From assembly GCA_964016885.1 (NCBI GenBank), contig CAXHJY010000257.1, positions 62,001 to 126,000 on the forward strand: a stretch of DNA of 64,000 bases. The letters are read 5' to 3'. The notes beneath the pieces are model-generated. The model had not been told where the DNA came from. It saw nothing but the letters and a program-made list of their open reading frames with translations, and ran no database searches. Origin of the DNA: Eledone cirrhosa. Its lineage: Eukaryota. A program made the position numbers and the translations under genes. Shown piece by piece: positions 42,233 to 55,959 of this stretch. How positions within the stretch are numbered: position 1 is the first letter of the stretch; every line of letters starts with the position of its first letter.

Positions 42233-45050
42233 ACTATTTTACTCTTTTACCTGTTTCAGCCATCCGGCTGAGGCCATGCTGGGCACCGCCCTTGTTGCTA
42301 CACATTTTATCTCCAGCCTGTATAGGTTGGCCACTGGTGTAGGAGGGAGTTTGTTGCTGCTGCCCTTAGGTTTCCCTCGTGTCTTGCTGTGGGCTCATCC
42401 GGGATCCTGGATAACAAGGTGTCGAGATGTTTCTTAAAGACATCCACCTCCACGTCATGCAAGTCTCGCAGATGCCTCGGCAGCCTGTTGAAGAGTTGAG
42501 GGCCCTTGAATCCCAGGCTATTGCAATACCTGCTCCTTATTCTAGATGTGGAAGACGGGACCTTTGGCACCACACAGTGACGTCCTGTTCGACGGTTGGT
42601 CCAGCTCCCAATGCCAAAGTTTGGTGCTAGTCCCTCCAGGATTTTCCACATGTAGATCACTGCGTATCTCTCCCGTCTTCGCTGCAAGGAGTAGAGGTTC
42701 AGTTCCTTTAGCCTCTCCCAGAAGCTTGTCTCCCTCATCTTGGCAATTCTCTTGGTGTAGCTTCGCTGGATTGCCTCAAGCTCCGTGGTTAGTTTGACAC
42801 TATGGGGTGACCACAGCTGGGAGCAGTAGTCCAGGCGGCTTAGGACAAAAGTCCTCCACAGTGTCAACATGGTGTCTCAATCTCTTGTAAGGAAAGTCCT
42901 CAAGATCCAGCCAGCGAATCGTCTACATGTTGTCGCCACCTTCATGATGTGTGAAGAAAAAGATGCATCATCGCTCATGTCTATGCCCAGGTCTCGTATC
43001 GATTTTGACACAGGGATATCGGTCCCTCCTGGTCCTGTGTAGCTGTGTTCCGTTATATTTGTGTTTGTGTTTGCAGGTTTGTATTGTAGGGCTTGGAATT
43101 TGCCAGCATTAAACTGCATGTTGTTTTCTTCCGCCCATCTGTATATGGCATCCAGATCCTGCTGTAAGAAGGCAGCGTCAGCCGGGTATTTGATTGCCTG
43201 TGCTACCTTAGTGTCATCAGCATAGCTAGTGAGGGATGTTGTTGCATGCACCACAGAGGGCATGTCCGAGAGAGCCACCAAAAACAGTAGTGGTCCCAGG
43301 ACTGTCCCCTGGGGCACCCCACTTGTTATCGGTGTTTCCCTCGAGAGGGCCCCATTTGCTGCGACTGCCTGGCTTCTGTCCCTTAGGAAGCCATGCAGCC
43401 ACTCACCTACTTTTCCAGTTATGCCGAGTCCGTGTAGCTTGTGACATATCATTCCGTGGTCGACCTTATCAAAGGCCTTCGCAAAGTCAAGATATATCAC
43501 GTCTACATGTGAGCTGTCTAGTAGTTGTCTCAGTACCCAGTCGTAGTGATGTAGCAGCTGTGTAAGGCAGCTTCTTCCTGGGCGGAAGCCATGTTGCGTG
43601 CTAGTCAGGCGGTCATTTTCTTCGAGGAAAGTGATTAGTTTCTTTCTGACGACTCGCTCCATGACCTTACTGATATGCGACGTCAGGGAGACTGGCCTAT
43701 AGTTCTTGGCCTCCGCTCTACTACCTCCTTTATGGATAGGGCATATTGTGCCTTCTTTCAGCTCCCTGGGTAGTACACCGCTAGCCAAAGAGCTTCTGAA
43801 GAGCATCTTCAGTGGAGTTGCTAAGGCCCGCTTACATATTTTTAGGAGAACTGCTGGGAATCCATCAGGTCCAGCAGCCGAGTCTGTTCTAATTTCATCA
43901 ATGGCGTACACCACATCCTCCTCCGTTATGTCTATGTGGTTGATGGTTGCCATTTCTTGATGTAGTGTTGTGGCATCAAAGAACTCCTCTGGCTTCGTTA
44001 TTTGCATGTGCCTCAGTGGACATGTGAAGACACTTTTGTACTGTTCGTTCAGTATTTCACATATCTCTTGGGGATTTTCGGTTAATGAACCGTCCGTGTG
44101 GAAGAGTGGTCCAATCTTGCAGTGTACTGAGGCAGTTTCTTTTGCAAATTTAAATAAGGCCTTAGGGTTTGTTTTAATGTTTTCTATGGCCCTGTTCTCT
44201 TTCTTTGCCTTCTCATTCTCATGTGAAAGTTTGAGTGCAATCTCGGTGTCAAGTAGTGCACGTTTCAAATAGGATTCCTTCTTGTTTTGGTTTTGTTGAC
44301 TATTCAACTGGTTTGAGAGTTTAGTTCTACGTCTCATAAGGATTTTCCTATCTCTGGGAATAAGATTTTTGTGTCTGTTTGCCTCTTTCTCCGGGACACA
44401 CTTTTTGCCTATGGTGTGTATCGTTGTCATGAAGTTTTGAAATTGTGTGTTAGTGTCTTGTGTGGCGATGTTTTCACTCCATGTTTGCTTCCGGATTTCA
44501 CTCTTAATCTTTTTCCAGTTAGCCTTGTAGAAGTTAAGGTTGGATAGCGTCCCGGAGCTTCTTGGTGGTTTTGTCTCTGTTGGTTCTCTTGGACCACATA
44601 TCATTAGCTCTACTAAGTTATGATCCGAGAGAATTGTTGGTGTCACCTTTACATTGTGGATGAGCACTTCGTTGTTTGTAAAACAGAGGTCCAGGACATT
44701 TTCGCCTCTTGTTGGGAGGAGTATTGCTTGCTCCATGAACAGCCTGTGTGTGAGGGCCAGCAGGGATTCCGTCTGTCTCTGTTCTATTGACGTCATTCCA
44801 GGGAGGAGGTGGCCCTCAGGCCATTTGACCTTTGGTAGGTTGAAGTCTTCCAGCAGTAGGATGTTGAGACCCTGGTCCAGTTTGTCAAGGACCTCTTCTA
44901 TCCTACTTAGGCTATCCTCAAATTTACCCTCATGACTGGGGGCATCGGGCGGCCGATATGTGACACATATTACCGTCTGGAGTTGCTTCATATGTATTAT
45001 CAGTGTGTCACAGACTGAGTTTGAATGTGTCAACAGTACAATTGTGTGAC
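42233..45050 (-). mobile_element. CR1-group LINE, 5'-truncated, one frameshift (~42870)
   Basis: Partial APE (VTYRPPD, DFNLP, LDLCFTN, SDHNLV), RT ([28 protein letters not shown]), C-terminus SRLDYCSQLWSP; 3' end CAGCATGGCC...GGCTGAAACAGGTAAAAGAGTAAAA. Confidence 0.9.
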
Positions 45051-45069
45051 ATGTATATATATATATATG

Positions 45070-45101
<32 letters not shown>

Positions 45102-45281
45102 TGTATATATATGTGTGTATATATATATATATGTATATATATGTGTATATATATATATGTGTATATATATATATGTATATATATGTGTATATATATATGT
45201 ATATATATATGTATATATATGTGTATATATATGTGTATATATATGTGTATATGTATATATATGTGTATGTATATATATGTG

Positions 45282-45312
<31 letters not shown>

Positions 45313-45432
45313 GTATATATATGTATATATATATATATATGTATATATATGTGTATATATATATATGTGTATATATATATATGTATATATATGTGTATAT
45401 ATATATATGTGTATATATATATATGTATATAG
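45051..45432. repeat. (TA)n/TGTG microsatellite
   Basis: Directly visible. Confidence 0.95.
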
Positions 45433-45603
45433 ATATAGATAGGTAAATATACACGGGTGTGTATGATTGTGTATAGAAGATTATATTAATAAGAGGAATT
45501 CCAACTTTGTCTGATTTACTCGTTTTATTTACAATCCTTTAAAATATATATAATGGTATTATAATGAAATAGTATGATAGAATATTAAATTCTAAGTGTT
45601 AAT

Positions 45604-45642
45604 TGAACAAGTACTTTCATGCTTTCGCAATCTTCAGGTTCA
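45604..45642 (-). ncRNA. Minimal type I hammerhead (PLE-D 3' pLTR)
   Basis: TGAAC-CTGAAGA-TTGC GAAA GCAT-GAAAG TA CTT-GTTCA; palindromic AAGTACTT stem III. Confidence 0.85.
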
Positions 45643-46023
45643 TGATATGTGGTGACAGTCGAGTTTGCAATTTTCAACTGTAATGAGATGGGTAAATTTC
45701 CTACCTTTTATACATTTTATACAGAGAAAAGTGGCTCCAGAATGCAAAGCCCTGTAAACTGTATTTCGACCAATCAGTGTGTAGTTTCACTGAATTACTA
45801 CAGCTGATTGGTTTAAGCGTCACGGCTGGTTGAGCATGCTAACGACCAATAGTCATATCCAACGTATCAATTGTTTTGCTTTTTTGAAATGATGAAAATA
45901 GCATTTTCTATTAATCATCACCATCAACATCACTTTTATTATTATTATTATTGTTGTTGTTGTTGTTGTTGTTGTTAGTGGTCGTGGTCATAGTGGTAGT
46001 AGAAGTAATACCCCTAGGCGTTA

Positions 46024-48350
46024 TTATTGTTCATTTAGCTTGGGTTTGAATTTATCAATAAAATTCTTTTCTTTGATTTTTCTCTTGATTTCATTTGGGC
46101 TGTGTAATTTGTAGAATGGGAATATTATAAATATTCCCTGACCACATGTTGCCAGGTGGCCGCTTAGGGGTATCTGACGGACATTTGGGTCTCTGATTTG
46201 TTGACGGTGTACCCGTGCACGTTCCGATAGTGCATTTCCAGTTTGACCGACATATAGTTCTTCACAATTCGGGCATTTAATGCAGTAAATTAGATTTCTG
46301 CTTTTGCAGTTCATATTTGCATTTGTGAATATTTTTCCAGTTTTTATTTTCATATATTGACCGGCGTGTATGGATTGACATGTGCCGCATCGATTATCAT
46401 TGCATTTAGATACAGTGAATGATTGGTCTTTGTTGTTAAGGTCAAACTTTGCTTTTGTTAGCAATTGCTTCAAATTTTTTGGCTGTCTTTTACTAAGAGT
46501 CAAAGATCGATCTGTGATTAAGCCTTTTAATTCATTACTTTGAGCAATGATCGGTAGGTTTGCTTTGGCAGTGTTGAAGATATTCTGGTGACATGGGTTG
46601 TGTGTCATTATAAATGGTATGACCAGTTCTTGGTTTCTTCTTCTTTGGGTTGTTCTAAGTTGTTGTATAGGTATTTTTATAGCCCGCTGTATGCCATTTT
46701 CTATAAGTAGAGATGGGTATTTTTGTTTGAGCAAAAATTCTCTTAGTTCTGTTAGGCGTTTGTACCTGGTATTCGTATCTTCTACAATGGTACAAATTCT
46801 TCTGGCTAGGCAGTATGGGATGTTGCGTTTTGTATGAGGTGGATGGCACGACTTAAAATTCAGATATTGATGGGTGTCTGTGTGTTTATAATATATATCC
46901 GTGGTAATGGTGGTGTCGTTTTTGATTATCATTATATCTAGGAATGGTAATTTGGTCCTACTCATCTCTTTTGTGAATTGGAGAGATGGGTGTAGGTTAT
47001 TCAGGAGGATATTGAACTCATCCAGAGTATCTAAAGATTCTGTCCAGATGATGAAACAGTCGTCAAGGTATCTCTTCCAAGATTTTTCAATGTACTTTCT
47101 AAAGTCAGTACTATATTTTTCCTCTATTTCTTGGTAGAGTTGTTGTTCTAAGTATCCCATTACAGAGTTCGCGTAAACGGGAGCAAACTTCGTTCCCATC
47201 GCTGTGCCTCTAATTTGGATGTAATTCTTTCCATTGAAGAAGAAAGTGTTGTTTTCCAGAATAAGTTTAACTGCGTCTAATATAAATGGCGCTGTGAATC
47301 TAATGGGAATCACTTCTCTATGTTTTTCCACCCAGTATTTAACCGCCTTTATTCCTAAATCATGTGTAATGTTGGTGTAAAGGCTTACCACATCAAAACT
47401 GAGTAGAAGTGAATTCGTTTCCGTGGTTTTGGGAAGATGGGACAGGAAGTCGATATCATCCCGGATGAAACTGGGTATGTGAATACATAGTGGTTTCAAA
47501 ATAATGTCAACAAAATTGCTTAGACGGTGAGTGGGGCATGTTGGACCAGCTATAATAGGTCTAAGTTTTAAGTCTTTTGGGTGTAATAATTTAATGTACT
47601 CACTGTTTTGTTCTCTTACTGCCAGTTGTATTTCTTTTGACTTGTGAACTTTCGGTAGGCCATACAGGTTGCTGGGTTTCGGCTCAAAATTGGTGATGTA
47701 GTCTCTTTCCTTATCAGTAAATGAGTTGTGGTATTTTGAAGCCAGGTTGTTGATCTTCTTCATGATGTTGTGGTCTATATTTGACGGTATTTCATGATAG
47801 AATGTTGTGTCTTTCAGTTGTTCCTCAACCAAATCCTTGTAGTATTCAGTATCCATTATAACAACTGCACCCCCTTTATCTGCTTGTTTAATTATTATTG
47901 TTTTATCATTTTGTATACGTTTAAGTGCAGACATTTCTGATTTGTTAATGTTTGGCCTAACATTAGTATTATGTCTAAGAGGAAATTTAGACAGGATGTC
48001 AATGTATTGGTCGAGATAGATATTTCTTCCTTTTGGCGGAGTGAAATTTGATTTATTCTTTACTAGTGATTCATCACTCTCATTATTTTTATCAGCGAAG
48101 AATTCTACAAGACGTAATTTTCGACAGAATTCTTGGGTATCCTCCTTCAGTTCTTGGTGGTTGACTGTTGGAGTCGGTGTGAATTTCAGTCCTTTTGACA
48201 GAATTTGCATTTCATCATTGTCAAGATCTCTTTTAGATAAATTAATTATTTTAGGATCTACGTGTACAGCTGTTTTGGGTATGTTTCCTCCTGGAGTTTT
48301 TCTTTTTCCGGTTTTTGTTGTCCTGACGTTAAAAAATGAATTTTTCTCTG
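46024..48350 (-). CDS. PLE ORF2: RT (GTAMGT, RYLDD) + CxxxxCxxC linker + GIY-YIG (LIYCIKC...YVGQTG)
   Basis: Frame is open from a TGA at ~48353; conserved IINLS..L...E..ILSKGLKF lies upstream of the first ATG (48210). Confidence 0.9.
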
Positions 48351-49606
48351 TTCAGGATTTATATTCCTGTTGGTGTTCGCTTGATGAACTTTTGGTCGTG
48401 ATATTATATTTGGTTTCGTTATGTATTTTGTCCTATTTTTGGTATTCTGTATATTATTTTTCTTCCTGTTAGCATTATTTTTAACAATCTGGGAAAATGA
48501 CCTAGGTTTGCTTTCAGGTTTAGATCGTTTTTCGTCCAGTTTCTTGTGGGCAATCTCTGTTGAGATCTTGAGAGTGATCTGGTTATTCTACGTTTTGTTT
48601 CCACATTCCTTGTTGGTAGTCTCTGTTGAGATCTTGAGAATGATCTCCTGGTTTTACTACTTCTCATGGTCTGGTCAAAGGAATACCTATCGTGTTTGTG
48701 CTTTTTGTTCATGTTGTGTGCGATAGGGTGTTTTTGTAGAAAAAGCGAAGAGTTATTACCGTAGTTCTTCTTTGATTCAAGGTAAGGTGAGTGTTTGTGT
48801 TGGCACGTGTTCTGGCGTATGTTGTGTTGATGAGATTGTCCACTTTTAATGCTTTTTCTCAGGGTTCCAGAGTCTTTACCGTAATTTGTAGCATATTCAT
48901 CGAGAAATAATTGTTTCTGCTGCCATACCTTTCTTGATTTGTTTTCTTCTTTTGAGATATCTCCGATCCATAGTTCTCGTAGTTTTTCAGCTATAATACC
49001 AGCAGTTAGCTTTGAAATTTCAACTTCAATTTGGTCATCAATAGCTTCATATTTGGCTTTGTAGCGGGATTGTTTACATTCAGAAATGGAGATGTCGGTC
49101 CTGAATTTTGTCAATGTAAGTTCCCATCGGAGTTTTGTTTCTTCTTCTGGTTCTCCTGCAATTTCTGTAATTAGGTATTTACGAGGGAGTATGGGTGCCG
49201 TTAGAGAGAGCCATTTCGAATGTGTTTCGACATATTTTTCGCATCTGTATGCTTTCCAGAAATTTTGTTTTCTTATGTTAAGGAATTTTTTCCATGTCTT
49301 CCACATTTCTTTTCTTATTCGATGTGTTTTGTTTTCCAAATTTCTTTCGTTTATTTCTGACATCCAAGGGGGTTGTGGTAGGCTTTCTCTTGTATCTTTG
49401 ATAACTGTTGGTATAATTTCAGCTAAATTCTTAATTTCAGAGTTTATATGTTCAGTTATAAGTTTTCCGTCTGTAGATTGTTTTTCTATTTCCTTTAAAA
49501 TAGAGGATTGTGTGTCCATCATCGTGATAAGTGTTGATAATTTCGATGATATCTCCTTTAGAATTCTTTCTGATTCTGTTGGTTTCATTTGTTGCTTTCC
49601 AGACAT
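48258..49606 (-). CDS. PLE ORF1, ~449 aa after restoring one base (coiled-coil-like N-terminus, basic R/S/K-rich C-terminus)
   Basis: 395-aa ORF; the second copy has 6 instead of 5 T at 48528-48532 / 52732-52737 and reads through to the TAG equivalent to 48258. Confidence 0.75.
48330..48336 (-). promoter_or_regulatory. Candidate -1 ribosomal frameshift slippery site T_TTT_TTA (second copy 52534-52540)
   Basis: In ORF1 frame CAT TTT TTA; the -1 frame is the RT frame. Confidence 0.7.
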
Positions 49607-49810
49607 GTTGGCATATACACAATAGGAATATATATATAGATATAGATAGGTAAATATACACGGGTGTGTATGATTGTGTATAGAAGATTATATTAATAAG
49701 AGGAATTCCAACTTTGTCTGATTTACTCGTTTTATTTACAATCCTTTAAAATATATATAATGGTATTATAATGAAATAGTATGATAGAATATTAAATTCT
49801 AAGTGTTAAT

Positions 49811-49849
49811 TGAACAAGTACTTTCATGCTTTCGCAATCTTCAGGTTCA
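49811..49849 (-). ncRNA. Minimal type I hammerhead (PLE-D, ~200 nt upstream of ORF1)
   Basis: Identical to 45604-45642. Confidence 0.85.
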
Positions 49850-50227
49850 TGATATGTGGTGACAGTCGAGTTTGCAATTTTCAACTGTAATGAGATGGGT
49901 AAATTTCCTACCTTTTATACATTTTATACAGAGAAAAGTGGCTCCAGAATGCAAAGCCCTGTAAACTGTATTTCGACCAATCAGTGTGTAGTTTCACTGA
50001 ATTACTACAGCTGATTGGTTTAAGCGTCACGGCTGGTTGAGCATGCTAACGACCAATAGTCATATCCAACGTATCAATTGTTTTGCTTTTTTGAAATGAT
50101 GAAAATAGCATTTTCTATTAATCATCACCATCAACATCACTTTTATTATTATTATTATTGTTGTTGTTGTTGTTGTTGTTAGTGGTCATGGTCATAGTGG
50201 TAGTAGAAGTAATACCCCTAGGCGTTA

Positions 50228-52554
50228 TTATTGTTCATTTAGCTTGGGTTTGAATTTATCAATAAAATTCTTTTCTTTGATTTTTCTCTTGATTTCATTT
50301 GGGCTGTGTAATTTGTAGAATGGGAATATTATAAATATTCCCTGACCACATGTTGCCAGGTGGCCGCTTAGGGGTATCTGACGGACATTTGGGTCTCTGA
50401 TTTGTTGACGGTGTACCCGTGCACGTTCCGATAGTGCATTTCCAGTTTGACCGACATATAGTTCTTCACAATTCGGGCATTTAATGCAGTAAATTAGATT
50501 TCTGCTTTTGCAGTTCATATTTGCATTTGTGAATATTTTTCCAGTTTTTGTTTTCATATATTGACCGGCGTGTATGGATTGACATGTGCCGCATCGATTA
50601 TCATTGCATTTAGATACAGTGAATGATTGGTCTTTGTTGTTAAGGTCAAACTTTGCTTTTGTTAGCAATTGCTTCAAATTTTTTGGCTGTCTTTTACTAA
50701 GAGTCAAAGATCGATCTGTGATTAAACCTTTTAATTCATTACTTTGAGCAATGATCGGTAGGTTTGCTTTGGCAGTGTTGAAGATATTCTGGTGACATGG
50801 GTTGTGTGTCATTATAAATGGTATGACCAGTTCTTGGTTTCTTCTTCTTTGGGTTGTTCTAAGTTGTTGTATAGGTATTTTTATAGCCCGCTGTATGCCA
50901 TTTTCTATAAGTAGAGATGGGTATTTTTGTTTGAGCAAAAATTCTCTTAGTTCTGTTAGGCGTTTGTACCTGGTATTCGTATCTTCTACAATGGTACAAA
51001 TTCTTCTGGCTAGGCAGTATGGGATGTTGCGTTTTGTATGAGGTGGATGGCACGACTTAAAATTCAGATATTGATGGGTGTCTGTGTGTTTATAATATAT
51101 ATCCGTGGTAATGGTGGTGTCGTTTTTGATTATCATTATATCTAGGAATGGTAATTTGGTCCTACTCATCTCTTTTGTGAATTGGAGAGATGGGTGTAGG
51201 TTATTCAGGAGGATATTGAACTCATCCAGAGTATCTAAAGATTCTGTCCAGATGATGAAACAGTCGTCAAGGTATCTCTTCCAAGATTTTTCAATGTACT
51301 TTCTAAAGTCAGTACTATATTTTTCCTCTATTTCTTGGTAGAGTTGTTGTTCTAAGTATCCCATTACAGAGTTCGCGTAAACGGGAGCAAACTTCGTTCC
51401 CATCGCTGTGCCTCTAATTTGGATGTAATTCTTTCCATTGAAGAAGAAAGTGTTGTTTTCCAGAATAAGTTTAACTGCGTCTAATATAAATGGCGCTGTG
51501 AATCTAATGGGAATCACTTCTCTATGTTTTTCCACCCAGTATTTAACCGCCTTTATTCCTAAATCATGTGTAATGTTGGTGTAAAGGCTTACCACATCAA
51601 AACTGAGTAGAAGTGAATTCGTTTCCGTGGTTTTGGGAAGATGGGACAGGAAGTCGATATCATCCCGGATGAAACTGGGTATGTGAATACATAGTGGTTT
51701 CAAAATAATGTCAACAAAATTGCTTAGACGGTGAGTGGGGCATGTTGGACCAGCTATAATAGGTCTAAGTTTTAAGTCTTTTGGGTGTAATAATTTAATG
51801 TACTCACTGTTTTGTTCTCTTACTGCCAGTTGTATTTCTTTTGACTTGTGAACTTTCGGTAGGCCATACAGGTTGCTGGGTTTCGGCTCAAAATTGGTGA
51901 TGTAGTCTCTTTCCTTATCAGTAAATGAGTTGTGGTATTTTGAAGCCAGGTTGTTGATCTTCTTCATGATGTTGTGGTCTATATTTGACGGTATTTCATG
52001 ATAGAATGTTGTGTCTTTCAGTTGTTCCTCAACCAAATCCTTGTAGTATTCAGTATCCATTATAACAACTGCACCCCCTTTATCTGCTTGTTTAATTATT
52101 ATTGTTTTATCATTTTGTATACGTTTAAGTGCAGACATTTCTGATTTGTTAATGTTTGGCCTAACATTAGTATTATGTCTAAGAGGAAATTTAGACAGGA
52201 TGTCAATGTATTGGTCGAGATAGATATTTCTTCCTTTTGGCGGAGTGAAATTTGATTTATTCTTTACTAGTGATTCATCACTCTCATTATTTTTATCAGC
52301 GAAGAATTCTACAAGACGTAATTTTCGACAGAATTCTTGGGTATCCTCCTTCAGTTCTTGGTGGTTGACTGTTGGAGTCGGTGTGAATTTCAGTCCTTTT
52401 GACAGAATTTGCATTTCATCATTGTCAAGATCTCTTTTAGATAAATTAATTATTTTAGGATCTACGTGTACAGCTGTTTTGGGTATGTTTCCTCCTGGAG
52501 TTTTTCTTTTTCCGGTTTTTGTTGTCCTGACGTTAAAAAATGAATTTTTCTCTG
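50228..52554 (-). CDS. PLE ORF2, second tandem copy
   Basis: 728-aa ORF identical except I>T. Confidence 0.9.
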
Positions 52555-52972
52555 TTCAGGATTTATATTCCTGTTGGTGTTCGCTTGATGAACTTTTGGT
52601 CGTGATATTATATTTGGTTTCGTTATGTATTTTGTCCTATTTTTGGTATTCTGTATATTATTTTTCTTCCTGTTAGCATTATTTTTAACAATCTGGGAAA
52701 ATGACCTAGGTTTGCTTTCAGGTTTAGATCGTTTTTTCGTCCAGTTTCTTGTGGGCAATCTCTGTTGAGATCTTGAGAGTGATCTGGTTATTCTACGTTT
52801 TGTTTCCACATTCCTTGTTGGTAGTCTCTGTTGAGATCTTGAGAATGATCTCCTGGTTTTACTACTTCTCATGGTCTGGTCAAAGGAATACCTATCGTGT
52901 TTGTGCTTTTTGTTCATGTTGTGTGCGATAGGGTGTTTTTGTAGAAAAAGCGAAGAGTTATTACCGTAGTTC

Positions 52973-52973
52973 G

Positions 52974-53004
<31 letters not shown>

Positions 53005-53053
53005 GTGTATATGTATATATATGTGTATGTATATATATGTATATATATATGTG

Positions 53054-53098
<45 letters not shown>

Positions 53099-53099
53099 G

Positions 53100-53152
<53 letters not shown>

Positions 53153-53485
53153 GTATATATATATATGTATATATATGTATATATATATATGTATATATAT
53201 GTATATATATATATGTATATATATGTTTATATATATATATATGTATATATATGTGTATATATATATATATGTATATATATGTGTATATATATATATGTGT
53301 ATATATATATATATATGTATATATATGTGTATATATATATATATGTATATATATGTGTATGTATATATATGTGTATATATATATATATATGTATATATAT
53401 GTGTATATATATATATGTGTATATATATATGTGTATATATATATATATGTATGTATATATATATATGTGTATATATATATATGTG

Positions 53486-53516
<31 letters not shown>

Positions 53517-53533
53517 GTATATATATATATATG

Positions 53534-53565
<32 letters not shown>

Positions 53566-53657
53566 TGTATATATATGTGTATATATATATATGTGTATAT
53601 ATATATATGTGTATATATATATGTGTATATATATATATATGTGTATATATATATATG

Positions 53658-53706
<49 letters not shown>

Positions 53707-53791
53707 GTGTATATGTATATATATGTGCATGTATATATATGTGTATATATATATATATATGTGTATATATATATATATGTATATATATGTG

Positions 53792-53868
<77 letters not shown>

Positions 53869-53895
53869 ATATATATATATATGTATATATATGTG

Positions 53896-53988
<93 letters not shown>

Positions 53989-54105
53989 GTGTGTATATAT
54001 ATATATATATATGTGTGTGTATATATATATATATATATATGTGTATATATATATATATATATGTGTATATATATATATATATATATGTGTATATATATAT
54101 ATATA

Positions 54106-54144
<39 letters not shown>

Positions 54145-54149
54145 ATATA

Positions 54150-54188
<39 letters not shown>

Positions 54189-54211
54189 ATATATATATAT
54201 GTGTATATATA

Positions 54212-54261
<50 letters not shown>

Positions 54262-54327
54262 AATGTATATGTATATATATGTGTATATATATATATATGT
54301 GTATATATATATATATGTATATATATA
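52973..54327. repeat. Interrupted (TA)n array rich in GTGTAT
   Basis: Directly visible. Confidence 0.97.
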
Positions 54328-54528
54328 GGGAGCAACGGCTGTTAGTGCAAGACGTGTGTTCTCGGGCTCTGCTAGAGTCAGCAGCAACACATAACCACGT
54401 GTTGCTACACACGAGGAAAGAGAAAAATTATGAGACCAATGGAGATATGTACATTTATATTTATATCTAAATATTGCTATTATCATTTACATTCCCTCTG
54501 TGTTTAATGTATGTTCATTAGTATATGT

Positions 54529-54983
54529 GTTGTTATTTCTGCTTACATTTTACATATATATATATCTATATATATGCTTGCGTCGACCCCTCTCAAAAAT
54601 TCGTTGGATTTTCTAATTGGATACCCCGAAACTGGATACCAACACTGAATACACCTGAACTTCTACCAGGAAATCTTTCGTTGTTATTTCTGCTTACATT
54701 TTACATATATACATATATATATCAATGCTTGCGTGGACCCCTCTTAAAGATTCGTTGGATTTTCTAATTGGATACCCCGAAACTGGATACCAACACTGAA
54801 TACACCTGAACTTCTACCAGGAAATCTTTCGTTGTTATTTCTGCTTACATTTTACATATATACATATATATATCAATGCTTGCGTGGACCCCTCTTAAAG
54901 ATCCGTTGGATTTTCTAATTGGATACCCCGAAACTGGATACCAATCACTGAATACACCTGAACTTCTACCAGGAAATCTTTCG
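54529..54983. repeat. 151-bp minisatellite, 3 copies
   Basis: Units start GTTGTTATTTCTGCTTAC at 54529, 54680 and 54831. Confidence 0.95.
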
Positions 54984-55317
54984 TATCAGTGAAATTTTCT
55001 TTTCTTTGCTTCATATATATATATTATATATACTTGTCCGCCATTGCAAAAGGCCATAAATTAAAAAAAATTTTGAAGAGAGAGGAAAAGAGAGAAGTGA
55101 TCTATGAACTTGTACATCTCACTGACCCCCCGCCACCACAATAACAATAACGCCTACACTCGCTCCCCACCATCACCACATTACTCTATCTAAGGTGGCT
55201 GACCTGTCCCCTGTTCCCTGTTGACATACTGCTGACTCTCTTTTGATGTATGTATGTGTATATACATATATATATATGTGTGTGTATATGTATATCTCAG
55301 TGGATGCGACTAGATTT

Positions 55318-55680
55318 CAACACAGCAACAACTACAACAACAACAGCAGCGACACCAACAACAACAACAGCAACAACACCATTGTCTGTGTTGAATGTGT
55401 GTGTGTGTATGTATTTGTATATATGCGACAACAATAACAGCATCAACACCATTGTCTGCAGCAACAGCAGCAGTGAAATGAAGAACAACAACAATAGCAA
55501 CAACGACAACAACTACAATAACAACTACAGCACCAACAACTGCCACCACCATCACTGACCATCCACCACCACCACGCTGATACCATCCACCACCACCACA
55601 CTGACACCATCCACCACCATTCACCACCACCACCGCCATTACCAGCGTAAAGCAAACTATTATTATTATTATTATTATAT
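55318..55680. repeat. Low-complexity (CAA)n/(CAC)n/(TAT)n
   Basis: Directly visible. Confidence 0.85.
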
Positions 55681-55959
55681 ACAAGCTGAACTGGACTGGG
55701 TAAGGTCAACAGTTGACATGATATTGATTTTGATTTTGATGATTTTGATTTTGATTTTGTATCAGTACTGTCGGTAATATATGTATATATATGTGTGTTT
55801 GTGAGTGGTGTGTGTGATTGTATGCATGAATGAGTGTTGGTATGTGTGGCGTGTGTGTGGTTGTGGTTTGTATGCATGAGTATTGGTGTGTGAGTGGTTG
55901 TGTCAATGTTTTTTATTTTTTAATGACCATTCTGTAAAATGGAGGGGTAGAGAGGGCCC

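Larger units (their letters stand above)
45433..52972 (-). mobile_element. Penelope-like element PLE-D (Neptune-like), head-to-tail tandem: full unit 45433-49636 plus 5'-truncated unit 49637-52972
   Basis: Two 728-aa RT-GIY-YIG ORFs 4204 bp apart, differing by one residue. Confidence 0.95.

Noticed and set aside
54529-54983. Possible CRISPR array or hammerhead retrozyme tandem
   Set aside because: Units are fully repeated with no unique spacers, the context is eukaryotic, and there is no CTGANGA/GAAA core.
55243-55906. Poly-N/T/C/W ORFs
   Set aside because: Trinucleotide low-complexity sequence with no splice or domain evidence for a host exon.
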